63,162 nt of DNA, filler included, from Octopus bimaculoides (GCF_001194135.2; 4 parts of 3 records of this genome joined end to end with filler, not necessarily neighbours in it), one strand, 5' to 3'; shown: positions 26,587-40,800, numbered from the whole stretch's first letter. Numbers and translations are program-made. Notes: generated from the sequence alone by a model not told the origin.

Positions 26587-26913
26587 CATGAATGCAAATA
26601 TTTATACCTACCCATACGAATAATATAAACCCAGATGTGTATATACATATATTCACACGTATATAGTGTCAAATCTAATTTATTCACCTCAACCACGTGC
26701 ATTTACGATCAAAATAATAGCGCAGTGAATATAAATTGATTGAAGTAAATAATATAAATTTTTACATAATTAAGGATAAAATCATTATAAAGATTTTATC
26801 AAGTGCTTGAGGTGAATAAATAAGATTTAACTCCTATATACATCTGAATATATGTATATATACAAGTGGATATATATTATTCGTCCGGAAATGTATAAGC
26901 ATTTGTATTTGTG
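26587..26913. mobile_element. Foldback/MITE-like long inverted repeat
   Basis: About 110-bp imperfect arms (26587-26696 and 26803-26913; core aaatctaatttattcacctcaa / ttgaggtgaataaataagattt) around an AT-rich spacer of about 105 bp. Confidence 0.8.
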
Positions 26914-28169
26914 TATTTAGAAATTTCTTGAAACAAAATTTTATAAAACTGCCATTACGACTCTTGTATAGTTATGTATAAATCTGATATGAATGCGTGT
27001 AGCGTTTTGGGCATATCTATATAACTTGTTAAATAGACCATGCTCAATATGACAACGACTTTAGAAACCAAGGTGATTGTATGTGTGATAAAAGAAACGT
27101 GATTTTTAATTTAAAATTATCTTTACATTTTCTCCACGGTTAAGAAACCATTGAAATCTTTTAAATCAGATTTGTGAATATTTAAAAAAAAATTTTAACA
27201 AAAAGATTATACTGAATTCAGTGCTTTCTAGAATAAATGTGTTTACGTTAATAGCTATTATTTTATAGTTGTCAATAACATATTCCATATTTTAAAAAAA
27301 ATGTCAACATTTGTCAAATCTCACTCGCTCTCCCTGTCTCTTTATCACGCTTCATATTTTCTTTAATCACAGATGAGCCAGGGTTGTGCCTNNNNNNNNN
27401 NTTACACACGCATATTATGTATAATTTATGTGTCTATAAGCACGTTTCAAACATTTATTGCATTGGAAAGTTCCCCAGAAAGCGAGTTCCGGTCAATATA
27501 CACATAAACCAATGTCGTGGGAGTAGATGTTATAATATACGTACAGTATAATGACTTTATGAAAATAGAAATATATGGAATATACATTTAATTATTCACA
27601 TCACTAAAATATTTCAGCTACGCTCAGAAAACACCTTCATATGAAGAACATCAAATAAATGCATAGTTTAGTCACTAACTCAGGCATTTAGACAGAAACA
27701 ATAATAGAAGGCTACAGCTAACAACAGAACAAAATATAAAATTGCAGACTTGATGTCTGCAGCATTGAGCTAACACAACGGGAAATATCGGCCATAAAGT
27801 TGTATAATTCTTAATAAGTTAGATGTAAATTATAATATGGTGCTGCCACGAGTCAGGAGGTTGTATAGGAGATAAAACATTATGATGATAATAACAATTG
27901 TTATTGTCATATAGATATATTAATAATATAAACGTATGCACCTATATATATATATATATATATATATNNNNNNNNNNNNNNNNNNNNNNNNNNGAGAGAG
28001 AGAGAGAGAGAGAGAGAGGTTATGAGAAGTAATGGTGTCAATAAGACAGAAAGGTGTGAGGTAATGCTGAGTAAGTTTTATATATTTTAATAGAGTATTT
28101 ATTTAGTTATTCGTATTTAATCTTTCGTATTGTCTTCACATTGATGATATTATGGGAGGATAATGAATT

Positions 28170-28720
28170 TGGAAAATTCAGTTGGTGCACATATATCTAA
28201 TTGGTCACTGGGAGGGACTTGTCGCGACTCGGCATCTCATATTTGTTGTCGATGAATCGTTAATCTCATTCTTAGGGCGAGTTTACTTTGTACAATGTAA
28301 TTTTCGTCTTATATATATATTATAACTTCCTGAATAACAAGTGAAGTGGTTTTTCATAATAAAAACCTGTCCCTATTTAAGTGTATCCTCAGTAAGTCTG
28401 GTGCAAATTCCACAATTAGAGTGACAAGATTTTCTAAGTGTTGTGGGTTATATTTGTAATTGGCAATTGTGCACTGATATATATATATATATTTTCAAGG
28501 GGTTTTGGTTGTTTTTGCATTTGGTTATTTTGTATAATTCAAGTGCCTTTTCATTCTTGGGTTTGACTCACTAATTATATGCTCCGATGGTCTGTGCTGA
28601 ACTTTCTTTTGTTTCTTGTGTTGTGTTGTAGTTGATATTTAACGCTGCTATCACAGATTGTAATGTTTGCCTTCTGTCTATAATATCTGGTTGTGCAGTC
28701 TGGTTAGTACTTTCCTAGAA
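28170..28720 (-). mobile_element. Probable decayed Penelope-like RT fragment
   Basis: Minus translation ...QTLQSVIAALNIN...VKPKNEKALELYKITKCKNNQNP then ISAQLPITNITH, resembling the PLE P.LYGLPK.HK...RPIIS region. Many stops. Confidence 0.4.
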
Positions 28721-30606
28721 GCAGAAGCTTTCAGCCATTTTGGACATCAGCTGTGCTTTGTACATTATCAGTCATTTTTGTGGGACGAATAATTTTCCAA
28801 CCCTGAGAAGGGGCCAAACTTTGATTTTCACAGTTTGCTCATCAAAAAAAAAAATTAAGTATCCGTCATCACGTACTGAATCCCCATTGATATTGAAATG
28901 TAACACCAGGAACGACTAGAAGAAACCGGGGTGGCACAGTCTGCGAAAATGCATCATTACGATTGGTTCCCTAACACTGCACATTCAACAAAATGTTTGA
29001 AGGATATGAATGTTTATGAAATGCTAACAATGAGTTAAACTCGATTTCCCAAAATCCATAGTTAACTTCCTTATGCTCAATATCGGAATTCTAGACAAAC
29101 ATATCGACAAATATTTATTTTTGTATACAATTTTATGCAAGTCATTCATCATTGTTCATGTTATCTCTCGCCATATTGGTTGCTCCTTGGAACTAGATTT
29201 CATCAGATCCTCAGCTATTTCAACTTCACGCAAATAATAATTATTATGTGTTTGTAACTGCTGTATGTTATGATAACGTAGCTACTAATATACATTCGAA
29301 TCAAAGATATATATTGTGTGCCCGTTCATTGTTTTGTTCACTTAGAAGGGACCATCAGAAATTTGGCGTCTGAAACACATATCTAAATAAATTAAAAACA
29401 GAATGCATTCCTTCATTCCAAAACGATTTTAAATAACAATAGCAGAAAACAGCAAAAGAAACAGAGATACGTCTCCACACATTTGAAAGGCTGGCCGTGG
29501 ATGGTGCGTGTATCAAGGTTATAAGGAGCTTAATATATATCTATAGTTGTTTCGGTGTGGATTTAAAATACATTCATAGAATTGTCTGATCATGATGTTA
29601 GTTCTTGCTTTATGACTGTCAGTGTCTATCATGTGTATAGCATACGTGGAATATTTCTCGATAAATATGAAATTATATGCATACATTTTTAACAATATAT
29701 ATGCACATGATGCTTCTGATAATACATATACATATATGATGTTTCGAAAAGTATTTTAACACCATAATAAAAAAAGGGAGCGTCTGTAGATTTCATATAC
29801 ACTGAAAATTTTTTCTGTTTCTGATCTCTTAGGAATGAGAGAGAGAGAGAGAGAGAGGGGGGGGGAGAGGGAGAGATGAAGTAAATTTATTCAAATAAAC
29901 CTCCAAAAAACCTCCTGTATATACAAAAGATATCGCATGAAGACAAAATGCGTAGGAGAAAAGTAAATTATAGAAACAACATTAAAAGCAGACGTCATAG
30001 AATTATTTGCTCCAGTTGATATTTGTACTGAAATTACAAACACGATTCTGATTTTGTTTTCTTTTTTTGCCTTTTTTTGTATCTACGGAAATTTCGATTT
30101 CCAGTCATTTCCTATGTCTTACAGTGTCTATTTTTCAATCTGTTTCATTCAAAAACAATTCTCAAACGAATAATATTGAATAACTTATATATAATAATAT
30201 ACATTTAATGTCGATAGTTCACTGACGTTAATGACTGCAGTAATATACATAGCTAGCATAATACCAGACACGAGACGGTGCTATAACCGCGATAGTACAA
30301 ATAATGGTGGTATATTTTTTACATAGGCACGACATTGTTGACTTTGGCAGACGATTATAGCTCATTACACTAAATATCACTAATAGATTGTCGATTAACG
30401 CAGTATTTGGCATAGCATCATCAATGAAATAGATGCCATTCAAGAATTGGTGATGTTAACTGCGTTGTTTTACCAGTCACTCTGCAATTCGGTATATCAG
30501 CAATCAACATGTTTGCCATGTTCTGTTTATTTGTCCCATGTTTGAAGCTTAAATCTTACCGCCTAGTGTTTTAAAATCCTTTTGGGATTAATAAAATGCA
30601 TAATGA

Positions 30607-30995
30607 AGGTGGAGGCGCAATGGCCCAGTGGTTAGGGCAGCGGACTCGCGGTCATAGGATCGCGGTTTCGATTCCCAGACCGGGCGTTGTGAGTGTTTAT
30701 TGAGCGAAAACACCTAAAAGCTCCACGAGGCTCCGGCAGGGAATGGTGGCGAACCCTTCTGTACTCTTCCACCACAACTTTCTCTCACTCTTACTTCCTG
30801 TTTCTGTTGTGCCTGTAATTCAAAGGGTCATCATTGTCACACTCTGTTTCACGCTGAATATCCCCGAGGACTACATTAAGGGTACACGTGTCTGTGGAGT
30901 GCTCAGCCACTTGCACGTTAATTTCACGACAGGCTGTTCCGTTGATCGGATCAACTGGAACCCTCGACGTCGTAGGCGACGCAGTGCCAACAACG
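30607..30995 (+). mobile_element. SINE family C, full length
   Basis: tRNA-like head ggcgcaatggcccagtggttagggcagcggactcgcggtcataggatcgcggtttcgattccc. Body shared with 56700-57030 and 59545-59920. Confidence 0.9.
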
Positions 30996-31369
30996 ATAAT
31001 GAAGAGAGGCCGTCGATTAAAACTAGTTATATACTCCTTACACTCGTGTCTGCTGCTTGCTTGCGTGTCAAATTTACCCGGACGAATTATTTCCATGTTT
31101 CATAAATGCTGAATTTTGTAGTCTCCCACTGTTATCTAATGATTAGTTTACGTTCGGTGAAGCATTTAATGATGCCCTTATATTTTATTAGAAACTTTGC
31201 AAGTAATATAGTTTATAAGTCTTTAACTTGCTTCCAAATGAAATTTTTTAATTTATTAACTGGTTGTTTTCTTTTCTCTAAAGTGAGATAGGTTTGGTTA
31301 AATAACTCCATCAAAAACTAGCTCGTCTTTCAAACCATCTAACTTTCTGGGCTTAATATCTTCCTTTTT

Positions 31370-31755
31370 TCTTTCTTTCTTTTATTTGTTTCAGTCATTT
31401 TGACTGCGGCCATGCTGGAGCACCGCCTTTAGTCGAGCAAATCGAACCGAGGACTTATTCTTTGTAAGCCTAGTACTTATTCTATCGGTCTTTTTTGCCG
31501 AACCGCTAAGTTACGAGGGACGTAAACAAACCAGCATCGGTTGTCAAGCGATGTTAGGAGGACAAACACAGACACACAAACATATACACACACACACACA
31601 CATACATATATATGTACATATATACGATGGGCTTCTTTCAGTTTCCGTCTACAAAATTCACTCACAAGGCTTTGGTCGGCCCGAGGCTATAGTAGAAGAC
31701 ACTTGCCCAAGTTGCCACGCAGTGGAACTGAACCCGGAACCATGTGGTTCGTAAG
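31370..31755 (-). mobile_element. SINE family B
   Basis: Similarity to 14808-15284. Confidence 0.9.
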
Positions 31756-31999
31756 GAATCTACCTTATTTCAACAATTTGGCCATTAAGGCCTTACAAAG
31801 AGGGGACGAACAAGGACAGACAAACATAAAGTAGCTGCGGGCTGGACGCAGACATTAATATTAACTCTATACGATAAAAGTCATTTATTTGTTTGTTTTC
31901 TCTTACGTACAGAATATTCTGAAGGAGCATATGGTGTCTTGAAAACCATGACAGCGTTAACTTGTTTTGCATTCGCAAACAGAAAGCATAAAAGGTCAA

Positions 32000-32680
32000 T
32001 TCTCCATCATTGGAAAAAAGCTGAAGGAGGTATCAAATATCTGTCTAAGGGATATGTGAGAAATAGAAATGGGGACATTACCAGAAAGGCTGAATTCCTG
32101 ACAAAATTCAGTGATATGCAATCTATATTGAAACGAACTGCAAATTGATTTATAAAACTAAACGAAAAGTGTGGAGGAATTCACAGCCACAATAGCAGGG
32201 CCAATCAATAGACACACCATCAGGACCATAAAATCTGGTAGAAAAAAATGAAAGCTCCAGGAAGCTGTGAAGAAAGTGGAAACACTCTGCAAACGCTGAG
32301 AGATTGTTGTTATAGTTTTCTTTTATGGACGTCAAGAGTTTTGCAATTACATCAACAAGTGTTGGGAAAGCACTATACTAGAAACCAGAGAGAGCTCATA
32401 GTGCAAGGTATCCGTGACTGAACAAAGGAGGATTGCCAAATGAAGTAGGGCTTCCCCGCCAGGGACAATTGATGTAGTGGGATTAGGCACTCGAGCGCCT
32501 GTTGTCCAGAAAGGAACTCTAGAGCACAGACCGGGGGAGAGGATCTTTCTTCCTCCGTGCTGTCTCACTGACCTCTTGCCAACTCCAATGGATTTTCTCA
32601 ATCGAGACTGACTGTAGAGGATTTCTTGACAAGTAGATTGGTTGATACTTCCAGATATTTGAGTGATAGGAAAAGGCCGA
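32000..32680 (+). mobile_element. Possible very old LINE RT fragment (CR1/L2/RTE-like)
   Basis: Scattered motif remnants in the expected order: KAPG, PVVQKG, AVSLTS. Heavily frameshifted. Confidence 0.3.
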
Positions 32681-33719
32681 AGGGTGACTTAGCGGCATTT
32701 CGCCCGCTTAGGTTAGCCTTGTTTTTCTTCCCTCGGGGGACGATAAAATGAAATAGGATCGATGGTACCGACTAATCCACCGTTCTTAAAATCTTTGGCC
32801 TTGTAGAAAACTTTGAAATTGTAAGACGATAAGCTGGGAAAATCATTAACGAGTAGGACAAAATGCTGAGCGGCATTTCTTCCAGAACTTTACGTTCTGA
32901 GTTCGAAATCCGCTGAGGGTGAATTTTGCATTTTGTGTCGCTAAAATAAAGTTCCAGTGAAAAGTTGAAGTCTCTATAATTTGTGAGCCACCTACCTATA
33001 AAAGTTGCTGGCCTTGTACCTGGATTAGAAGCAATTATGATTAGTATTATTAAATCTGGTTGACTGTCAGCATAGCTAACATGCTTGTATTCACCCATTC
33101 ACGCCGATCGGCTGTTTAAACTGATACTTCATTTATAAGGTTATAAAACAAATACTTCATACAAATTGTGATTTGTGTATGATCTGTATCAAAGAATGAA
33201 ACATGTTCTTAACGCATGTGCTGTCTGTTTCAATCGGATTTCAATGAAATTTCTTTCAGTTGTTATTTAGGTCAAAATAATAATGGTATCTGTGAATTTT
33301 CAGGCAATTTCATTTACTAGAAAAATTAAGCCACGAATGGGTTAATGCGACGTAATAAATTAATTTTCTGTGTCTTAATCCTGCCTAGACATTTTAACAT
33401 TGGTAAAATCACGTTATAAATATCCGTGCAACAGAATCTGCTGTTTGGGTCTTAGATTTAAACAAACATTTTCTGTTATAGTAAATAAGAGTCATATACG
33501 TTCATTCCGCATCCATCTCCACATTAAACTTAAAATTCCGGATAAACAAAAATCAGCAGCAAAATATCCCCACCACATGAACTACAAATTTAGAAGCAAC
33601 AAGAGATTGTATAGGGGAGATAACTCTTAGAAGAGTTACCTCCCATGACGACTGTAAATTGAAACTTAATTGCGTTGATGCGAAATGTTTAAAATGTATA
33701 ACGAAATAATCTTTTCTGC

Positions 33720-34120
33720 CCGACATTTTTGTGGAGGGGGCCAGTCGATTAGATCGACTCCAGTACACAACTGGTAGTTAATTTATCGACCCCGAGAGGA
33801 CAAAAGACAAATTCGACCTCGGCGGGATTTGAACTCAAAACGTAAAGACAGACGCAATACCGCTAAGCATTTCGCTCGGCGTGGTAACGTTTCTTATTTC
33901 TTTATTACCCACAAGAAGCTAAACACAGAGGGGACAAAGAAGGACAGACAAAGGGATTAATGTTCATTACATCAACTCCAGTACGCAACTGGTACTTAAT
34001 TTATCGAACCCGAAAGGCTGAAAGGCAAAGTCGACCTTGGCAGAATTTGAACTCAGAACATAAAGACAGACGAAATACCACTAAGAATTTCGCCCGGCAT
34101 GCTAACGTTTCTTCCAGCTC
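33720..34120 (-). mobile_element. Two tandem SINE family A copies, one with a variant tail
   Basis: Copies at about 33720-33890 and 33960-34120. The intervening ...gaggggacaaa.aaggacagacaaa block recurs at about 31800 and 62120-62190. Confidence 0.85.
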
Positions 34121-34487
34121 GGCGTCTTCCCGTTGTGCTAACGCTTCTACCAATTCCCCACCTTTGTATAATAAGATAATGAAATATAATGTGATGTAAC
34201 TGATGAATGAAAATGTGAAGTTACGATCAGTTTAACAACAAACAGATGTAAGCAATTGCTGAGTTCTAACACTGTCCAAATATAGAGATCTGGGGATTAA
34301 AGTGAGAGACAGAGAATGAGAGGGGCGTATTTATTCTTACGTTGTGTGTATTGGTACATGTTTGCTCATTTCAATGTAAATTATACACACATGAAAGAAA
34401 GAATATCCAGAGAAATTAGATGGACATCAGGAATGAACATCTACGCATACACACACACACGCACGCGCGCGCACACACACACACACA

Positions 34488-34526
<39 letters not shown>

Positions 34527-35438
34527 NNNNNNNNNNNNNNNNNNNNNNNNNNNNNNNNNNNNNNNNNNNNNNNNNNNNNNNNNNNNNNNNNNNNNNNNNN
34601 NNNNNNNNNNNNNNNNNNNNNNNNNNNNNNNNNNNNNNNNNNNNNNNNNNNNNNNNNNNNNNNNNNNNNNNNNNNNNNNNNNNNNNNNNNNNNNNNNNNN
34701 NNNNNNNNNNNNNNNNNNNNNNNNNNNNNNNNNNNNNNNNNNNNNNNNNNNNNNNNNNNNNNNNNNNNNNNNNNNNNNNNNNNNNNNNNNNNNNNNNNNN
34801 NNNNNNNNNNNNNNNNNNNNNNNNNNNNNNNNNNNNNNNNNNNNNNNNNNNNNNNNNNNNNNNNNNNNNNNNNNNNNNNNNNNNNNNNNNNNNNNNNNNN
34901 NNNNNNNNNNNNNNNNNNNNNNNNNNNNNNNNNNNNNNNNNNNNNNNNNNNNNNNNNNNNNNNNNNNNNNNNNNNNNNNNNNNNNNNNNNNNNNNNNNNN
35001 NNNNNNNNNNNNNNNNNNNNNNNNNNNNNNNNNNNNNNNNNNNNNNNNNNNNNNNNNNNNNNNNNNNNNNNNNNNNNNNNNNNNNNNNNNNNNNNNNNNN
35101 NNNNNNNNNNNNNNNNNNNNNNNNNNNNNNNNNNNNNNNNNNNNNNNNNNNNNNNNNNNNNNNNNNNNNNNNNNNNNNNNNNNNNNNNNNNNNNNNNNNN
35201 NNNNNNNNNNNNNNNNNNNNNNNNNNNNTCGTAGAAGACACTTGCCCAAGAAGACATACAGTGGGACTGGACACAGAATCAAGTGGTTGGTAAGCAAGCG
35301 ACTTACCATACAGCCACTCTTGCGCCTATAATGAAGATTTTTCTAATTTGAAGAAATTTGCCTCTGGCATGGTATCAATGTATGGAACAACTTATGCCTG
35401 TGAATACAGCTCTATATTTGAGACACGAGCAATTATGT

Positions 35439-35698
35439 ACGTTATTTACATTATTTACATGTGACGGATATTTGTCCTCATCTTGTTTGTTGATAAAACA
35501 ACGTTTCAGCTAAATATACTGTCCAGTCTTCTTCAGTTATACTGGGGGAATTTCGAACCTGGGTTCTCATTCCTAAGAGAAAAATACCTTATGAATGAGA
35601 AACCCAGATTCGAAATTCCCCCAAGACACTTGAAGAAGGCTGGAGAGTATATCAGCCGAAGCAAATGTCCGTCAAATGTAAATAATGTAAATTATGTC
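35439..35698. repeat. Palindrome of two inverted SINE family D tails
   Basis: The left arm (35439-35575, minus) and right arm (35587-35698, plus) are reverse complements, apart from a deletion in the right arm. Confidence 0.85.
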
Positions 35699-36300
35699 TG
35701 TGAAGTCAACACATCGAACGAGGTTGACTGCCGAACAATTGAAAAGAATTGTCTTGGATCGATTCAACAAGTCCAAAGCAAATATTGATGATATCTTAAT
35801 ATCTAAACACCAGTTTCACAAATCTCACTAGCCATCTCTGCTGCTTAGTTTGTGAGATTCGGATATGTGCGTCCGGGTGTGATATAATTATCTTATTGTT
35901 AACATCACCTTCTTTGATAACTTTCTTGTAAATAAATATGTTAGTTGTCTTTATTTTTTGTGTATTCACTGCATTGTCTTAAACAAAATGGTTATTCAGC
36001 TCGCGCTCGACATTCTTTCAGTTATCTGGTCCGCCGTAAAAAAAATTTGGTGACCCCTGATATATGAAGATCAAGACGAAATCTTACGAAACGGTGCTTA
36101 TTTTAACGAGATACCTCTTGGAATCACCTGAGGAGACACATCTACACAAAGTAATACACCTAGATAGGTGTACAGTATCTCATACGCTAGGGGTCGGGGG
36201 TACATGGATCGACACACTTGTAGTGATCAATAGTGATCAATAGAGATGCTCGTATCTTCCATCTTCTGTCTCTCTCATTCATCACACAGACAGACAGACA

Positions 36301-36412
<112 letters not shown>

Positions 36413-36420
36413 GAGCTAAA

Positions 36421-36829
36421 CACGGGGATGCACGGTGCAAGGTAGATCACTTTCGGTAAGCAGAACTGGATGAAGCGAACATTTGGCTACGGTGCCTAGC
36501 GCTTCGCCTATCACATTCGCGAAAAGGTGTCGGTGGATATAGACAGCAGGACGGTGTCTACGCGAGTCGCGATCGGTCAGGAGTGTGTATCAAATTATCT
36601 GCTGAATCGATGGCCTTGAAAATGGTTAGCACTGGGGCGATCGACGAATGCCTGACTGGCCGGGCCACAGGTTGCGCGATCGCCGGCGAGGCGACTTTCC
36701 GATGCCCGGTCGAGCAGGAGGGCGCCACGACGTGCTGAAGGCAAGGTGCATTAGCCGTGCCTGCGTTTGAGGAGGGACGTGTCCGGTCAAGAAAAGTGCG
36801 TGCATCCCGCCGGTCAGGCTCTACCGTGC
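36421..36829 (+). rRNA. Isolated diverged 28S rRNA fragment (probable pseudogene)
   Basis: Collinear with the conserved eukaryotic LSU core: cactttcggtaagcagaactgg, gatgaagcgaac, aaaaggtgtcggtggatatagacagcaggacggtg, aggagtgtgtatcaa, ctgctgaatc, tgaaaatgg. Bounded by (CA)n and a gap. Confidence 0.85.
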
Positions 36830-36929
36830 NNNNNNNNNNNNNNNNNNNNNNNNNNNNNNNNNNNNNNNNNNNNTTAATTAATTAANNNNNNNNNNNNNNN
36901 NNNNNNNNNNNNNNNNNNNNNNNNNNNNN

Positions 36930-36967
<38 letters not shown>

Positions 36968-37504
36968 TATAGTATGTATTCCACTATATGATATATAATA
37001 TATATTACACACACAAACACATACACACAAACACACCACACGCACACACATATGCTGACAGAAAGAAAGAGAGGGAATAAATGTACTGTGGTGAGAATCA
37101 TATTTGTTGACGAAACAGCTATTTAGGAGAGAAACGCCACACTCCTCTGAAGTACGCTAAATTCAAAATCATTTATTATACTATGTTAGGATGATTTCTG
37201 ATGCGGTATAAACTTTATTTGAGACATACCAGATCATTTCTAATAAACAGTCAAGCCTACAACGATGAGAAGTATCATTTTAGTTTTTAAAGTCAAGTAA
37301 GTGGTATTGGGAGAGATAATAACATCATTTTGAGAAGTGGAATTATCTAGAAGTATAGAGAAATGGAATATATATCTTATGGAATTTAACATTATAATTC
37401 GCTCTTCTTTAAAATGATGTGCGTAATATCCAGTGTTAAGACAGTCTATATTACTTTGTGTCTTTATAAAATAATCATATATCCCGGTAATAGATAATCG
37501 ATAG

Positions 37505-37873
37505 AATTCTTTTATTCTTTTATTTGTTTCAGTCATCTGACTGCGACCATGCTGGAGCACAGTCTTCAGTAGAAGAAATCGACACCAGGACTTATAGTTT
37601 TGTAAGCCTAGTACTTATTATATCGATCCCTTTTGCCGAACAACTACATTACGGTGACGTAAACAAACCAACATCGGTTGTCAAGCGATGGTAGACGGAC
37701 AAGCTCAGACACACACACAGAAATACATACATACACACATGACGGGATTCTTTCAGTTTCCGTTTACCAAATCCATTCACAAGGCTTTGGTCGGCGCGTG
37801 GCTATAATAGAAGACATTTGACCAAGATGCCACGTGGTTGAGAAGCAAGCCTCTAACCATGCAACCACGCCTA
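37505..37873 (-). mobile_element. SINE family B
   Basis: Similarity to 14808-15284. Confidence 0.85.
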
Positions 37874-40800
37874 CGCTTTTCTTTATTTGAATATCAGAAA
37901 ACATTTCACTCTTCATTTGAAATGGAGACACTTAGATATTGGGTGTCCAACATATGCTTCCTGCAGTAAGAAAATTTGCCCTTGATTACTGTATCGTTGG
38001 AAAATAATTTTGAATTACTATTGGGTGGAGATAAGGACATTAAGTTATAAGTACGCAGAGGCTAAGGTAGCGTAGCGCTTAATTTTGCGTTGAAGCAATT
38101 ACCTTATATTTCACTCTCTTATATACGCTATATACTGTTATATACACTTAGCGTATACTGTTATATACGCTATGTACTTGTATAAATTCGAAATGAAAGT
38201 CGTGTATCTTCCACGTTTTGTGTGATGCAACCTAAAGATCCACATTAAAAACTGCTACAACTGGAAAATTTTTACTTTTCTGAAGATTTTTATACAGTTT
38301 ATTATACAGATTTTTATACGGTATATTTTCAAAACTTTTAATGCAGATAAGTCCGCAATTTATACGTTTTTCTTCTTTTGTAGCTATGCATTGTACATGT
38401 TACGGTCGCAACATACCCTTATCTATAGAATTTATTTCGTATTGTTCTATCATTATCTGTTAACGTTATATACCCTGATCTAACTACTCTAATCCACAAA
38501 AGAGAACATTTGATTTTATTCCAAGACTTTTGAAGCTATGTTTTGACCTGGTAACAATCCAAATTGAAATGTTGTAAATATATAACTTCATATTAATGAA
38601 CTGATTAGTAATAGTGTTTTCATTTGTGAAAACTTATCAACACAAATGGAAGGGATTGATATCAATCATTGTTTGAGAAATTTAGTAAATATTTGAAGAC
38701 ATAAATATTTGAAGAATTAGAAAATAGATACATATTCCATAATAAAGTTTATGCAAAATTAGTTAATTCGTCAAATTTTATGCGTGTCGATTGAAGAACT
38801 AATCACTTATTTCATTAAAGCTTCTAAAAAAAATGCTTGGCTAATTTGTTTTGGTCCACAGTGTATGAAATTATCACACATAACATGTGACAGTTAGCTC
38901 AAAACCTTATCTTTCACTTTAGTTTTACCATAAAGGCTCGTTCGTTTGTAAGTCGAATTAACTATTATTACATTATTTCTACGTTTTTTTATCGATTGTT
39001 TAGATTCTGATGTTATTTCCATCATCATTTCGCTAATTAGCAGTAGATTGCGGATCGAGGAAAATTACGAATATAAACGTAAATCCAGTTTGACATTTTC
39101 CTTTCACTTTTTCTTTTTCCTATTCACCAGGGACAGACACCTTATCAACTCTGTCGAATTAACATTTTAGGCAACACCTGCTTATTACTTTGAGATTACA
39201 TGATAATTGATGCGATTATCTGCTGTCTGTCCAGGAAAGCTTGAGGAAATGTCCAATTTCCAATAGAAAAGGATAGTTATAGTGTTTAGATATAATATGC
39301 AATTTAAATTTTCAGCTCAGCGTCATGTTTCTTTTTAACCTGTTGTAATTGTTACAACAATGATAGTATCAGTTAAGAATTACAACGCAGCTTTAAGAGC
39401 GAATGATATTATATAAAAGAGTAAGAAAACGCACACAAGACAGGAATATTTGCAAACTGTGTATTAGAATATAGTGCTTAAAGAGCATGCAATGCAATGT
39501 AATAATTTAGATTGACAATTTAGATATAGCATAATTACTGAACACTTTTGGTAAGAGTAATTACCATCAAGACTATGAATATCTTAGTGAGAAAATTTAA
39601 GATGCGGAATGGGATAGGGACTCCCTGCCAAAGAAAAGTGGAATAATTTTGCTGTAAGTTGGTGAGAGAATATCATTCGGGGAGTACAAAGTTCAAAATT
39701 TGTAGGAAAAACGTTGTTTATATTCATACTTTAAGGAGATCAATACTAGTTTAAGTGAAGTGAATTGACCTCAAACCTTTGGTTTAGGACATCCATCATA
39801 GTTGAAAAAGACCATTAAGTACTTTGAGAGGAAGTCCTGCTGTAATGGTAAATTATAATAGAGTGCTCTTTCAATACTAGCTTTTAATAACTGACATTGT
39901 AACTCGTAATAATCTGCAAAACTTTCTTTTATGAAATCTTTATTGATCATTATCTCCTTTCAAGGCTTTCCTTGATAGTCTGAACAGTCATAGGCTCCAA
40001 AGAACCCTCTAGATTCTATCAATTTATGTTTTAATGCTCAACAAGATATAAGTAAATGCTTTATTGGTGATTATTCCGTTGAATGCATCTGTACACTATA
40101 GCATAATATACTTCGATATTTAACGTGTAATATTTTACAGGGGGAAAGTAATTTATAACAATAATAATAATAATTCAGATAATTTCCCTTAGGTTATGCC
40201 ATGGAAATATGCACTACTGGTATATAAAATATGACATCTGAGCTAGAAACTTTTGAATGTGTTCTAGAATTTAACTTAGTGTAAAAGTAAGATGTGATCA
40301 GCAATATACATTTCAGGTAAAGAATAAATTTGCCGATAAGTAAAATATTATATAATGCAAGAATAAAAAAAGCAGCTGAAGCTTATCTCTGCTTTATGTA
40401 GTAATATTTTGGGAAATCAGAAGAAAATTAATACAAATTGCATTCATTTAAATGCACTTTAATTACAGGTCAAACAATACAGTGTTTAAGGAGGGCAATG
40501 AATAATTAGTTCACACTGAGACTCCACTTGCCTACCAAAATACATTTTCAACAAAATGCAAGTCGATACATTATAGAAGTAGGTGTAGTCGTGTTAATTA
40601 ATGGAGTATTTGATTGGCGTAATATGTTATCGACGTTGGGAATATGAAAGAGATCATAAATGAATACCGAAATGCATTTCCTCTGTGATCTACCAACTCT
40701 ACGAATCCACAACTCTCGTCTATCCAAATTCTCTAATAAGTAAGAAAGTCGATTTTATAGAGCTGTATGGCTACTATGGTACTTTAAACATAAGGAGACA

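Noticed and set aside
30228-30443. Minus ORF containing NLLVIFSVMSYNRL, reminiscent of GPCR TM1/ICL1
   Set aside because: No GN motif, no TM2 LAxAD motif, no supporting splice sites or other TM exons; likely chance.
36046-36059. hAT/Charlie-like terminus (minus strand caggggtcaccaaa)
   Set aside because: No partner TIR or 8-bp TSD found, so no element could be delimited.
39131-39193. Strong acceptor followed by GQTPYQLC (ankyrin-like start)
   Set aside because: Stop after 20 codons, no donor, and no other ankyrin exon found.
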